Positions 42,101 through 53,333 of a DNA stretch of 64,000 nt are shown here, piece by piece; the stretch's first letter is position 1; each line of letters opens with the position of its first letter. The notes below the pieces were generated by a model. It was not told the DNA's origin, did no database searches, and saw only the letters and a program-made list of their open reading frames with translations. The DNA lies in contig NC_057756.1 in assembly GCF_004010195.1 (NCBI RefSeq), positions 1,763,703 to 1,827,702 on the forward strand. Direction: 5' to 3'. The position numbers and the translations under genes are program-made. The stretch comes from Chiloscyllium plagiosum (lineage: Eukaryota).

Positions 42101-43662
42101 AACATTACCAATATACGGAATTCTTCCCTCAAATACGGACTGAGAATTTTAAAGTGATTTAGGAAATTCTAAAACTTATTTGGACTGTGATTTTTTTTAT
42201 CATTGTGTTTCATTTCTCAGATGCAATGAAAAATCGTGACAAGTTGACAGGCATTTTTGCTTGGATCAGATTTTAGAAACACATGGGAGGAGTTTTCACG
42301 TTTTAATCATGTTCATGACACAAAGTGTTCTTTGTGCTGTACTCCTAAAAGAAACTGGAAATGTAAAGTACTTATTTTCTGATAAACATTCCGAGGAAAG
42401 TACCTTGGTCCCTGGCTCATAGATTATGCCAATCCCAAATTTCCCAGATGGATGTTAAGAGCCAACTGCATTTTGTTTTCTGGTCATATGTCAGCTAGGT
42501 CAGATAAGGATGATAATTTCCTTGTGTAAAGGCATTTGCTGCACCAAGTGGACTTTTCCTGTCGTATAATGATGGTCATCTGTGGACTCTTACTTACAAA
42601 ATCTTTCTTTTTTATTTCAAATTCTTCCATAGTTGGATTCTAAACTGCATCACCAGAACATTTCCTTAGCCTCTGGATTAACATTTCAGCAACAATGTCA
42701 GGAGGAAGTCATCTGCCCTGAAGATTTCTAATTATTACGAATTAATTAATATGTTACGACCATAAAATAGTACGATTTGAGGGCTCTCAAAATAAGTGTT
42801 TGATTTGTATAGATTTGAAACGTGATATTACATCCAAATATTATTCTGGTGTGACAAAAACCTGGCATCATTTGGGACAACATTGTTAGATTATTGTAAA
42901 CAATTTGATTTTTCGTTGATTGTTGTACTAGCCAAATCCTCAGTCTGAAACATTTAAACGATGACTAACAAAGGGTCTGCATCACCTTTGACAATCGCAG
43001 ATTTGACGGTTCAAAGGCGAAGCAATAACATTTTTCTAAAGGATTTAAGCAAAAATATAGAATTGTACAAAAGAACCCCTAGAGAATGTAACTCCCGTTT
43101 CCTTTTTATGCGCTGAAATGTCAATTGTTATCTATTTCAATCCACTTCCATGTTGCAGATAGACATGATACATCTGGTATTAAATGCAAAGCTCAGAAGA
43201 ACACTGCATTCAGTCGCCTGTGAATTAAATAGAAAATAAGATTGAGCAATTGTGGCATATGTTATTTTTATCAAGTTGAAAGAACAATGCACTGTGTGCA
43301 AGAGGCAAGTATGTTTTTTTTCTGCTGTACTTTAAGTATAATTTTAATTGACTTTACTGTGGCCTACTTGAACGAGCAGAAATCAGCCCCATCATTTAAT
43401 AACCATTGGGCGTTGGGTAGAAAATACAAGATATCGTTTGTAATAAAAAAAATATGAAACAAAACCTGAATTAGGACGTTACCATGACCTATTTGTTAGC
43501 TACACGCACAGGTTCATTACCTTTCTTCAGCTTGCAAATTGCGTGTTGATGTTGGTGGTCCATTATGTTACTTGAAAAATTGTTCTGGATCTAAATTACA
43601 ATCGAAACTTGCAGATTTCTTTTTTTTTAAATACGTTTTTGTTTCATTTTGTTTATTTTTAC

Positions 43663-43689
43663 CTGATTCATTTTCACTTGAATCGAGCT
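43663..43689 (-). CDS. Micro-exon 8 (27 nt, type D); KLDSSENES
   Basis: atttccaccaacag|AGCTCGATTCAAGTGAAAATGAATCAG|gtaaaa; KLD start shared with 22386 and 8039 exons. Confidence 0.8.
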
Positions 43690-44352
43690 CTGTTGGTGGA
43701 AATGCATTTGAGATAGTTCTTTTGAGGAATATTCAAAAACCAGCAGAAATGTTCATCAAATTGAAAATTAGAATCAACAGGAACTTATTGTTTCCATTGA
43801 CCATCCGAACCAAACTGAAATAGTGGGATATACTGATTTCTGGAATCTTTAAATGATTTAAAGATGTATGACGTACTTTCAGAATGTGTGGAAAAGAGTA
43901 TAGTCTAGAGATATGCAGTATTTGGAATGAATGTCTTGTTTCCGGGTTGTTGATGAAAACAGTTTTACTAAAACACATTGTATAATGTTCATTGCCAATT
44001 TGAATCATTTGGTCATACTGCAGTTCAATTAAATTTCTTATTATCTCATTGCTTGTGAATGAGGAAGCCAGAATTTTTTTCCCACCCCAGGAAAACAGAG
44101 AAGTACTCTATAATTCAGATTGGACTTGTTCAAATGGTGTAGTTGGTGGGCTTTCAATGGAAACATTGCGATGCTTTCTGAGCATGTGATTTTTAGCGGA
44201 TAAAATATGCATGTAATCTTACTTATTTTAAGTGTTATTTTGAGGCAGAAGACAAAAGAGTGCATAGTCTCAAGCTTTGCTCAGTAAACCACAAAGTTAA
44301 AAGAGTGAGAAGAGACCTTGACAGTCATTTGTGTGAGTCTTTCACTACTTAC

Positions 44353-44379
44353 TGCATTTAAGCTGCAGATCTTTCAACT
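44353..44379 (-). CDS. Micro-exon 7 (27 nt, type C); ELKDLQLKC
   Basis: ttgctattcag|AGTTGAAAGATCTGCAGCTTAAATGCA|gtaagt; paralogous to 23182 and 11456 exons. Confidence 0.92.
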
Positions 44380-45789
44380 CTGAATAGCAATAACAACAAT
44401 AAAACGTGATGTATCAGGCGACTACTTGAGATGATAAGCACAGAAATTGACTTATTTGACCTTAATTCCTTTACTGCCAGACAAGGTAACAATATAATTG
44501 ACAGGATGCCTCAGCAAAGAAGGAGCAGCTGGTTCTCTTTTTTATTGTTGCTTCAATGTTTGGGGTATACTAGGGTATGACATTTTATGTTTTAAATTCT
44601 CATGAAGTTCCAGCATGGCCAACATTGTTATAGAAAGTCTAAGTTGATTTAATGACAATAATAACAAAACATCACTTGTCATGCATTTTCAATAATTCGA
44701 GTCAAGAACATAACCAGGTTGAAAACATTTAACCTGTATGCAAGATGCTCAAATGTTGATGCTGTAAACAGTTTCTGCGAAAATACGATGTAGCTGTACC
44801 TGCAATAAACCTGATGCCTTATCTGGAGACTGATCACCGGGATTGGCCGTACCAAAGCAGTGCTTATGAACCTGCATACAACCATGGCATGGTGGGCAAT
44901 ATTCCATTGACTCCTGCCATGCATATCTTCCAAGAGTGAAGATTAAGGGAGTCAGGGACATAATTACTTGTCGCAGGATCACACACCTCAGTTGCTTTGA
45001 TATGCTGTGATAATCCGTACAAGGCCGTTTGAGTTCATGTGGAGCACAATGGAGCTCACTGTGTGTGAATTCTGTTGGTAGCAGTCACTTGCTCCTCCAG
45101 TTGGAGCTCATCAATTGTCCTTTTAACGCAAATGAAGACTTTGGGCGAAAATAATTCAGTGGTATTCGAGCTAACCCGTTATCCTCGAGACCTACATCGG
45201 GTTTCAGTTCATTGACTTCAATTCATGCCATGGCAAATGTTAAAATTTGATTTTTTTACGTAATCCTGAGCTTTACAGTCTAATGTTGACTATGAAACGG
45301 TTGGGGTAAAGGGCGAAGGGCTTATCGTGAGAAACCAATCTTTTATTCCCTATCATTCTTTGAAGAAGTAAGAAAAAAACATATCTAGTCAGGTGTGCAT
45401 ATGAAAACAATGAGTTTCTGTGGCAGTTAATAGTTAAAGGAAAAGGAAAGTCATGGTGATTTTGCGGTAGGACAGAAGGTTGTGTGTAGGGAACACTTCC
45501 AGATTTTAAATAGAAATAGTAAATTTGTGGTGCATTCATAGTACTCCTTTGCTTGGGTCCGGAAGTCTGGACACATGTTCAACCAGCTCCACAGTTGCGT
45601 CATAACATTTCTGTGCAACTTTGTAACCTGTCGTACAAAGGAGAACAGGGTGTTAATTTACATTACTGTTTGTCCTGTAGTGGGTCTAGCCTGGGCAATT
45701 CTTGGGGAAAACAAGGTCTATTTTGCATATCATCAAAAAGTGATGTTCATTTCCCGTTGGTTTCCTAAGTTATGATGTTGGTGAGAAGC

Positions 45790-46270
45790 ATCAAGTATTG
45801 TTTCTGAAAAACCTTGCATTTATTTGAACCCGGTCAGGTCATGGCAATGAAAGTATTTCTGTGAGGCAAACTGGATACAAGATGATCGCCGACAAAATGG
45901 TCATACATTTGACTGCATGTGTGGCTCTGAGTTTCAACCTCATAAGAAGTAAACATGCCTGCCAACCCAGGAGTTAAAATCCTTCGATGATATGATAGAC
46001 ATTGAAATAGGAAACTGTCACACAGCACCATATGTTATATCGTAAAGTTACAGATTTAACATAGCACAGGTTTCCTTAGAAGAAATTACTGAATTCATGA
46101 CAAGTCTGCATAAGTTGAGGTGATTCTGTGAGTAGAGTTCAGCAATTTTTGAAAAGTTAAGGGATTGCTTAACTTTCAGGATTGAAAATATCGTGATCCA
46201 ATGGAAGCTACTGACTGAACCAGATCTGAACCTCAAGAAAACCATAGAATTGTCGCCTTTCTTTTACAGA
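45790..46270 (+). mobile_element. Gypsy (Mag-type) gag fragment
   Basis: VIHLTACVALSFNLIRS..KSFDDM..EITEFMTSLHKL..LRDCL..IQWKLLTEPDLNLKKTIEL. Confidence 0.8.
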
Positions 46271-46339
46271 ATGATAGCAGATCAGGCATCCATAATCAGT
46301 GGAGAAGTTAATCTTTGGTGAAACCCATACTGAAGAGCT

Positions 46340-48300
46340 ACGTCCCATTTGGATAATACTCGCAGCTCCTGTTTGTAGTCAATGTAGCGTGATTGGAGAC
46401 AAAGGTAGCAATGTTAAATGAATGGATCAGATGCAGATTCACAACACTGTGATGGAGAAATTCCTCTCGAAAAATCTAATAAGGTTACTGAAACTTACGG
46501 AATGGAAATCACTCAGATGAAATGCTGAAACTACATCAGGACGTGACTTTGCAAATTAATCACTTGGTGAATGAGGACTTGTTAAAAGAAAACGAACTGG
46601 ATTACTGCACAGAACATAGCCGTAGTTAAGATAACTAGTCACCCTTGAGACACAGAAGAAGGCAGAGGTGTTGTTGAAACCCACTCGGAAACTCTAGTGA
46701 TGTGTTTTCCCTTTAAGGCTGAAGGCACTTTGGTTCGATTGCTCATTTACATTGGCGAATGGGTACGCTTTATTGACCAACTGTATTGGCAATTATACAT
46801 TACAATGGACGGTCTAACTCACCTGAATGGTACTACAAAGGTTAGGGCCTAAAGATTTTGGAACGAACAGAATGCAGAAAATTCTCCCAGATTGACAGCA
46901 AATCTTTAAAATCGTTACTGACAGTTTACATGACCTCATTGGCGAGGACACAAAACATTTCTAACAGGGTCTCGGGAGAACACGTGGCTCTAGCATTTAT
47001 GCAGTCCGAGAAGACCGACCCAAATGTATCATGCATTGGCGTACCTTTAAGCCCTACGTAAGAAAGAATAAACCAAATGGGAACTGACTGTAATTTAAGG
47101 GATCGTATGGTTGCGCCTGGAATGTTGAGCCAGCCTACATATTCTAACACGAACCAGTCTACATCGGATGAACTAATGCCAACCAACCAAGATGATGTTA
47201 AACTTCATGGGGACGCCTCTGACACTGATAATCTGTTACGTCGGAATTTGGTTTTCTGTATGACGTGGACTCTCAACTCTGGTCTAATTCTGCAGTTCAA
47301 AATTGTTTGTCTGATGATCTTTGCGCAATTCATTATGGTGCCTGAACTGTTACTGACTTACCTCTGAACACCTGGTGGCACCCCCACCTGCGGTTTATTG
47401 GTTCAAAAGGATAGTGACCATTTATTGATCTGTCAGGAGCATAATCCCAGCAACGACGTTGCCTGTGATCAGACGAAAAATACCTTGCGCCTGACTGCTC
47501 TTCTGAGATACTCCAAATGTACTACATTGGGTTGAGTAAGTGCTAATACTATAAATATGCTTTAGTTATTGTTGACGTTTTTTCGAAGTGAATTGAAACC
47601 GACCTGACTGTTCACACTACTGCTGAGACTTCGATGAAGATCTTGCTTAGGGAAATTAATCCCCGCTTCAGTTTACCTGCGTGCATTAGCCGGACAGTGA
47701 AATGTACTTTGTGGGTTATTTTAATAAATAACTTTGTTCCCAGCTTTCTATTCATCGGCAACTGCATTTTGCTTACCGTCGTCAGGCTGCCAGCCTTGTT
47801 GAACGCTTTAACCAGACTCTGAAGACCTAATTTGCCAATTTAATGGCTTAGACTGGCCTTTCCTGGGTGAAGTCACTCCCTGTGTCCTTATTCCAGATAC
47901 GATCTATGCCTGCGGGCCTGACACAACTCTCTCCAGCTGCGATTATCCACTATCGCCCGCTCTGTACTCCTTGGAATAATTCAAAACCCTCCTCGGTCCG
48001 CTTCCACCACATGACAGAAGAAATGATTGGTTATGTTCTTTCTCTAACTAACGTGATGTGTGCCTTTCACTCCCAGGTGTGCATGGCCTTAGACGGTGTC
48101 CCCTTCTATCAGCCTCGTCACGGGTAGAGCCTGGTTCGTTTGTGCCCTTCAAGAACTGGATTCACAAGGGTCTCCAATCTCGTTTGGATGGCCCCTTTCA
48201 GTTTTTACTTACCATCCCTACGGCGGTCAAAATCGCTGGTCGCTCAGCTTGGGTCCACCTGCACCATTGCAAATTGATTGGCCACGTAAAACATAAAGGG
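46340..48300 (+). pseudogene. pol: Epsilon-like ERV pol remnant: protease, 2H-like segment, integrase; RT/RNase H not seen
   Basis: NEDLLK (GRDLL-like); WWHPHL in the zinc-binding region; LQMYYIGLSKC*YYKYALVIVDVFSK; GPY/F motif DGPFQFLLTIPTAVKIAGRSAWVHLHHCK. Confidence 0.85.
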
Positions 48301-48389
48301 GGAGAGGAGGAGAGAATAATGGAATCCTGGGAAACAGAGATCGTGTCCATTTAGAATTTTGTATTTTGTAGTTGTCAGTTAAACTAAGA

Positions 48390-50616
48390 GGAAAAACATG
48401 TGAGGGATCGCTTACTTACTGTCCTGCTTGACCACATGCAACATCCTGATGGGGAAAGCCACCAAGCATTGAAAAGATCCAGAATAAGTGGAGATTATCA
48501 AATATATATGCCAAAAAGATGTCATCCAGTGCACCGGACAGAGGATTTTGAAGTGTAGAGTGTGACCAAGATTGATTATTGCATGGACTCTTACATCAAG
48601 CAGACCGCATGGCCCATCTGGATAGTAGAAATCAGTGGAAATTACCAGGTCGGTACCAAACCTGTCTTTTTGATTTTACTTGCAGATGTAAGCCTCGAGA
48701 GGATGAAAGTTAACAACCCCATTACTATGGTAAACGTGTTAAGGAGGCCCGGAACACCATCCCTTTTTGCAGGATGGATCTACTCGAAAAAAGAGAAGCC
48801 TAATAGGGTAAACTCCTCAATCCACAAACGACTTATTTATACAGTCTAACAGAACACTCTTCACTCAGAGTCAGTATAGTGTTACTCCTCCCTGTTGATA
48901 GATGACTTGCCTTCCCCGTCCCCAGTCCCTGATCCCATTCTATTTGTTAGACTTCCTTCTTCCGACCCTCCAAAGAGAGATATTTCTTTCCAGTGGTGTA
49001 TATCTCTCCTGCCACCTCTTTTCTGGCGCATTTTAACTCTTCTGTAAGGTCGTATGAGAATTGCTGTAATGGAACTGGCTATGGGTGTGCAATTGTTCAT
49101 ATTCCACATAACATCTCCTGCTTATCAGAGACTTGTCTTGTCCACTCCTGTAAGACAAAGTGGCATTAAATCTCCTGCCAGTGTAACCAAATAGCTGGCA
49201 TTCCTTCGGCTGGGGGACAACAGACCTTATGCAGCACTAGTAATTATACCCATCTCTCTGTAGGACCTGAAAGGAACTCTTCGCTTGCGCATTTATAAGT
49301 CTTTTCTCTTTCCAGAATCTGATACTGTCGCCAAGACCATGTACGATAGGGAGCCTAATGGGAACAGAATTTCGGGCTGTCTACCATACATTTCAAACGC
49401 TCAACAGTCACTTTGCCCATTTCTTATGGCGCTCAAACAACACTGCTTGTAAAATGTCGGCTATGTACTCCTGTAGACCTGGCCAGAACCCCTGCTGAAA
49501 CATTTTAATAAGCTATTTTAACAAACTTTCCCTCATATACACCAAATCTGGCTCTTATTTATTCATGGAAATGTGTTGATGGAAAAGCGCAGCAGGTCAG
49601 GCAGCATCTAGGGAACAGGAGAATCGACGTTTCGGGCATTAGCCCTTCTTCAGGGCTAATGCCCGAAACGTCGATTCTCCTGTTCCCTAGATGCTGCCTG
49701 ACCTGCTGCGCTTTTCCAGCAACACATTTCCATCTCTGATCTCCAGCATCTGCAGACCTCACTTTCTCCTCTTATTTATTCAGCCAAGGTAAAGCTACCA
49801 TTTTCTTTGTTCTTGATGGCAAAGATGTTCCCCATAAGGTCGCTTATAAGAGCCCTTGTTCCAACGACAGTACCTTTTCCTGGTCAGTGGACAAGTTTAT
49901 GTAACCTTCATCTGAAGAGAATGCAATAGTCGGTCTCAGTTGACTTTTGCTCTAAGGATCTGAAGGGACTGCGTGACAATGGAGGGCACTCGATAGGCTG
50001 GCGAATCCTGAGTACCATGAGTTTGGGAGAATTGGCAGGGGTAATAAGTCAAAAGTACCTCAATACCCTCATCTGAGGCCTGACCATTCGAATCAATAAG
50101 ACCAAAGAGGCTCGGAAACAGATTACACTGGGGTTATCAGATCTGTGTCTTTACTCGATGAAGAATCAGTATGTCTTAGACTATGTACTAACCTGGGAAG
50201 ACGGTATCTGTACAACTGTCCAAGTCAAATGCATTATGAGCATTTCTGATCGCACTGGCAATATAACTAAGATGGAATACAAGATCCAGGTGTACCATGA
50301 TGGAATGACTGAAGGGATCAGTTGGGGAGACTGGGGATCGGGTTCTTGGTACAATTAGCTTATCTATTCAGATATGTATATCGGAATAATTCTCCTCTGT
50401 CTGCTTGTTGTTATTGCTATTGTTAAGTGTTTAATTGTTAGACTTATGAGCTCCCTTAGTGATTCGTCCCAAAAGATATTCCTTTTGCAATCTATTGGCT
50501 CTCCCGCATGTGTTGATTGCAATAATCAATATGACCAGGTGAGCTGCGAATATGGTTTTGCTTCTCTAGACGATATTGACGGCTGGCATGCTTTGAAGGG
50601 CATACATTTGGAATAG
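48390..50616 (+). pseudogene. env: ERV env remnant (gamma/epsilon-type TM)
   Basis: ISD-like KNQYVLDYVLTWEDGIC-X6-C..GNIT and TM helix YIGIILLCLLVVIAIVKCLI. Confidence 0.85.
49566..49768. mobile_element. Near-perfect fold-back PLE-derived element inserted in env, 14-bp TSD, hammerhead core
   Basis: About 80-bp inverted arms; CTCTTATTTATTCA on both flanks. Confidence 0.9.
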
Positions 50617-50645
50617 CCTTCCCTTTTAGTAATCGCAGTACGATC

Positions 50646-50900
50646 AAAGCAGGGATTGAAGATGTGGCCACCTGGGAGGTGGGACAAAATGGCAGCAGGA
50701 ACTGCACAAAATGGCTTATGCATTGTTAAATTGCAGTGAACTGGACAGAAAAAAGCAACCACAGACTGATACAGATCCGATAAATTGCAGAAGTAAATTT
50801 TTAACCCAACCACAAGGCAGGAAAAGTACGATTCCAAGAACAGGTTGTTTTCAAGAAATTTTGATATGCTAAGGCGAAAGTGCACGAGGCTTTTGCGTGA
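50646..50900 (+). mobile_element. ERV polypurine tract and start of 3' LTR
   Basis: aaagcagggat|TGAAGATGTGG just after env; LTR end not determined. Confidence 0.5.
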
Positions 50901-51169
50901 GTTGATTGATTGCTAATATGTGGTCATGCTCCATGTCTTTCTAGGAACAATGTATATAAACCAATGCAATCTCAGTAAGTCGTCGGACTCTTTTGGTGCT
51001 CTAGCAGTACTCATACTTCTGCGTCGATCAAAGTCAACTGATATGGCCATGTCGAAAAACAAACGATTTCTTGTGAGATTGACGAAGAGTCATTTACAGC
51101 TGTGTTTATTGACCGATCATGGAAGCAAGAGATTCACTCCCCCCTTCCCCCGCCAGCGGTCCAGATCTT

Positions 51170-51418
51170 CAGGTTGACAGCGGGAAGATTTAAGTGAGAC
51201 CTAGATGCAACGTTTTCACGCAGTTTGTCGTGAATTAATGGAATGAGCTGCTAGATTAAGTGTGGAAGGATGGTATTACTACAACTTTTTTAATGGCATC
51301 TTTAATGGTCAGCAAATAGGATAGTTTTAGACAGATCATGACCAAGTGCTGGCTAATTCAACTAGGTTAATTCAGGATATCTGGTACGCATGTATGATTT
51401 GGTCTGAAGGGTCTGTTG
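51170..51418 (+). mobile_element. CR1 3' tail, continuing at 53178-53215, split by a Penelope insertion
   Basis: ...ctgaagggtctgtt | ggggtctgtttctgtgctgtaactctctatgattctat. Confidence 0.75.
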
Positions 51419-52030
51419 TTATGGTTCTGTTCGCCGAGCTGGGAATTTGTGTTGAGACGTTTCGTCCCCTGTCTAGATGACATCCTCAGTGCTTGGGAGC
51501 CTCCTTTGAAGCCTTCTGTGATCTTTCCTCCGGCATTTGTAGTGGTTTGAATCTGCCGCTTCCATTTGTCAGTTCCAGCTGTCCGTTGCAGTGGTCGGTA
51601 TATTGTTTGTCTTATGTAGTGTTTTGTGCAGTCCTTGCATGGGATTTTGTACACTACATTGGTTTTACTCATGCTGGGTATTGGGTCCTTCGTTTTGGTG
51701 AGTTGTTGTCTGAGATGGTTGCTGGTTTGTGTACTGTTATAAGTCCTAGTGGTCGCAGTAGTTTGGCTCAGTTCGGAAATACTCTTAATGTATGGTAGTG
51801 TGGCTAGTCTTTTGGGTTGCGGCATGTCCTCGTTCCGTTGTCTTTCCCTTAGGCATCTGTTGATGAAATTGTGTGGGTATCCATTTTTGGCGAATACATT
51901 GTTCTTCTTCCTCTTTTTGCAATTCTGGTGTACTGCCGTTTGTTGAGGCCTTTTTGAATAGTGCCGTTGGTTTGTTCAAATATTTGGTTGTTGAATGTGA
52001 AGTGTGTTGTGAGGCACAAGTCCAGTAGCT
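51419..52030 (-). mobile_element. Penelope-like element, inverted and internally deleted arm
   Basis: ATLPYIKSISE..NVVYKIPCKDCTKHYIRQT (ORF 51367-51825). Confidence 0.9.
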
Positions 52031-53177
52031 TGAGTGCAACACACTTCACTTTCAACAACCAAATATATCAACAAATCAACGGCACACTCATGGGCTCACC
52101 CATTTCTGGACTCATAGCAGAAGCGGTTACACGAAGATTAGAACAAACAGTCTCACCACAAATTCAACCCAAACTCTGGGTCAGATATGGGGATGACACC
52201 TTTGTAATCGTTTAAAAAAAAAACAGAAGTAGAGAACACACACCGGATCATTAACGCCACACTCACAGGAATCCGATTCACTAGAGAGGAAGAACAGGAC
52301 AACCAACTCCCATTCCTAGACGTGATGGTACAGAGAACACCTAACGGAGAATTCACCACAAAGGTATACAGGAAAGCCACACACACAGACCAAGTCCTAA
52401 ACTACGAAAGCAACCACCAGAAAACACACACAAAAGAAGTTGCATCAAGACACTACTGAAAAGGACCACAACACCAGAACCTGAAAAAGAGGAAGAACAC
52501 GTATACAATGTATTCACCAAAAACGGATACCCGCGCAATTTCATCAACAGATGCCTAAGGGAAAGACAACGGAACNNNNNNNNNNNNNNNNNNNNNNNNN
52601 NNNNNNNNNNNNCAGCCACTCTCAGACAACAACTCACCAGAACGAAGGACCCAATACCCAGCATGAGCAAAAGCAGTGTAGTGTACGAAATCTCATGCAA
52701 GGACTGCACAAAACTCTGCATAGGACAAACAGGAAGACAGCTAACGATCCGCATCCATGAACACCAAGTAGCCACGAAACGACACGACCAGCTATCCTTA
52801 GTAGCCACACACGCAGATGACAAGCAACATGAATTCGACTGGGACAACACTATTATTATACGACAAGCCAAGCAGAGAACAGCCTGGGAATTCCTAGAGG
52901 CATGACACTCATCCACACATTCAATCAATAAGCACATCGACCTGGACCCAATATACCGACCATTGCAACGGACAGCTGGAACTGACAACTGGAAGCGGCA
53001 GATTCAAACCACTACAAATGCCGGAGGAAAGATCACAGAAGCGCTTCACAGGAGGCTACCAAGCACTGAGGTTGTCACCGACACAGTGGACGAAACGTCT
53101 ACAACACAAATTCCCAGCTCGGCGAACAGAACCAGAACAATGAGCACTCGAGCTACAAATCTTCTCCCAAACTTTGA
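52031..53177 (+). mobile_element. Penelope-like element RT C-terminal half, GIY-YIG and pLTR (N gap 52576-52612)
   Basis: GTLMGSPISGLIAE..WVRYGDDTFV; VVYEISCKDCTKLCIGQTGRQL..HEHQ..EFLEA. Confidence 0.92.
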
Positions 53178-53274
53178 GGGGTCTGTTTCTGTGCTGTAAC
53201 TCTCTATGATTCTATAACCTCTATCGTTACCCACTTGTACACACAAACAGACAGAGGTGATTTCATGTACATAC

Positions 53275-53301
53275 CTTTTTCCTTGTTGCTTAGCCGCTGT
53301 T
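53275..53301 (-). CDS. Micro-exon 6 (27 nt, type B); EQRLSNKEK
   Basis: ggcttgcacag|AACAGCGGCTAAGCAACAAGGAAAAAG|gtatgt; paralogous to 26704 and 16151 exons. Confidence 0.92.
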
Positions 53302-53333
53302 CTGTGCAAGCCAGAAAAAATACATAGATACTT

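Noticed and set aside
45555..45612. Possible minus-strand CCHC zinc knuckle
   Set aside because: Needs a stop repair, a frameshift and a substitution; orientation is opposite to the ERV
49566..49730. Long hairpin as miRNA precursor, terminator or CRISPR repeat
   Set aside because: Explained by an inverted PLE terminal repeat with TSD; eukaryotic DNA with no repeat-spacer array
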